Source: an uncultured Acidimicrobiales bacterium (GTDB lineage Bacteria; Actinomycetota; Acidimicrobiia; Acidimicrobiales; CAVXTF01). Taken from it: a stretch of DNA of 64,000 bases. The stretch's first letter is position 1. The number at the start of each line of letters is the position of its first letter. The notes under the pieces are model-generated. The model was not told where the DNA came from. It saw only the letters and a program-made list of their open reading frames with translations, and searched no databases. The translations under genes and the position numbers were made by a program. Location of the stretch: contig CAVXTF010000002.1 of NCBI GenBank assembly GCA_963764615.1, positions 1,410,265 through 1,474,264 on the forward strand, in the 5' to 3' direction. Shown piece after piece: positions 62,702 to 64,000 of the stretch.

Positions 62702-63597
62702 GCCCGGAACAACGTCCCCTCTCCGGCCCACCTGCGAGCCAACGGGCGGCTCTGCTAGTCGAGGCGTTGCCCGTACATCAGACGCTTCTCGGGATCGGTC
62801 GTGGTGGTCAAGTACGGCGGCAACGCGATCGCGCCCTCCGAGGGTGACGTTCAAAGTGGCTCCGACAAAGAGATGCTCGCGTCGTTCGCCGAAGACGTCG
62901 TGCTTCTGCGGTCGGTGGGGATCCTGCCGGTGGTCGTCCACGGCGGCGGACCCCAGATAGGAGAGCTCACCCGACGTCTCGGCATGCAGCCGGAATTCAA
63001 AGACGGGCTTCGGGTCACCGACGCCGGCACTCTCGAGATCGCCCGCATGGTGCTCGTCGGCAAGGTCAACCGCGAGATCGTGTCGGCCGTGAACATCCAC
63101 GGAGGGCTCGCGGTCGGTCTTTCCGGCGAGGACGCGAACCTCATACCGCGGCCCCTCGGGGCTCTGGCCTCGGTTTCGTCGGCGACGTGGAGGTCGTCGA
63201 CACGACCATCGTGACGAGGCTGCTCGGTGACGGGCTGATCCCTGTTGTCGCGACGATCGGCACGGACGCCACGGGTCAGGCCTACAACATCAACGCCGAC
63301 AGCGTCGCAGGTGCACTGGCCGCTGCGCTCGAAGCCGAGAAGCTCGTGTTCCTCACCGACGTGGAGGGTCTTCGAACGGATCCTTCCGATCCGGCGAGCA
63401 TCGCCACCAGGCTCAGCGTCGCCGAGCTCGGCGATCTGATCGCGTCGGGGGCCGTGCACTCGGGAATGATCCCGAAGGCAGAAGCATGCATCTGCGCGGT
63501 GCGCGCCGGCGTCCGCGCGCCCACGTGCTCGACGGAAGAACACCTCACGCTCTTCTCTTGGAGCTTCTCACTGACCAGGGGGTCGGAACCATGGTGA
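62698..63597 (+). CDS. argB: Acetylglutamate kinase; several frameshifts
   Basis: [33 protein letters not shown]. Confidence 0.94.
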
Positions 63598-64000
63598 CGC
63601 TCGACGCAACTCCCGGCCCGGCGCGCCGCCGTCCCAGAGCACCGACCGTTCGGCCCTCATGCACTCCTATGCAGACCCTCCTGTCGAGTTCGTGAAGGGC
63701 AGCGGCTCGGAACTGTTCGACGCAGAAGGAAGGAGGTATCTGGACTTCCTCTGCGGGATCGCGGTGACCTCGCTCGGGCACTCGCACCCCGAGGTCGCGC
63801 GGCCGTCTCGGAACAGGCGAGGACGTTGGTTCACACATCGAATCTGTTCGCGACGGTTCCCGGTGCGAATGTCGCTCGGACTCTCGACATGCTCATCGGG
63901 GACGGCGAGAGCGCTGGCGGCCAGGTCTTCTTCTGCAACTCGGGCTCCGAAGCCAACGAGTGCGCGATCAAGCTCGTCCGCAAGTGGGCCGGTAGCGACC
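63591..64000 (+). CDS. argD: Acetylornithine aminotransferase (5' part, frameshifted, runs off the window)
   Basis: [40 protein letters not shown]. Confidence 0.92.

Noticed and set aside
14448..63597. Programmed frameshifting or pseudogenes in menD, aroB, pepP, ribH, trmH and argB
   Set aside because: There is no consistent slippery motif, the motifs on both sides are intact, and the pattern fits sequencing indels

Overview
High-GC actinobacterial chromosome segment, most consistent with class Acidimicrobiia based on gene content and order. It is almost all housekeeping: dnaE (3' part), a menaquinone cluster (menE/B/A/H/D), tyrS, nfuA, prepilin peptidase-aroCKBQ-pepP-efp-nusB, pyrRBC-carAB-pyrDF-mihF-gmk-rpoZ-coaBC-metK-priA-def-fmt-rpe-ribD-ribBA-ribH-hisG, infC-rpmI-rplT-trmH-pheST and argCJBD. 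I see no rRNA, tRNA, CRISPR array, transposase, integrase or prophage. Many essential genes, mainly at 31-41 kb, carry single-base frameshifts that look like long-read consensus errors, so coordinates there are approximate. The most interesting signals are non-coding or very small. (1) Tandem arrays with 14/28-nt period start at gene stop codons; one forms an unbroken relay of GTGA-coupled pentapeptide ORFs from pyrC to carA, and another forms a uORF chain into efp. (2) A shared AT-rich hairpin/DnaA-box element lies at the right edge of two accessory two-gene inserts (nusB|pyrR and pheT|argC). (3) There is a likely attenuator upstream of an ABC-F gene, several unannotated small proteins, a divergent dual-OB-like protein, and a G-quadruplex-prone array next to the argC ARG box. 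Family names come from my own motif recognition; no database search was run.
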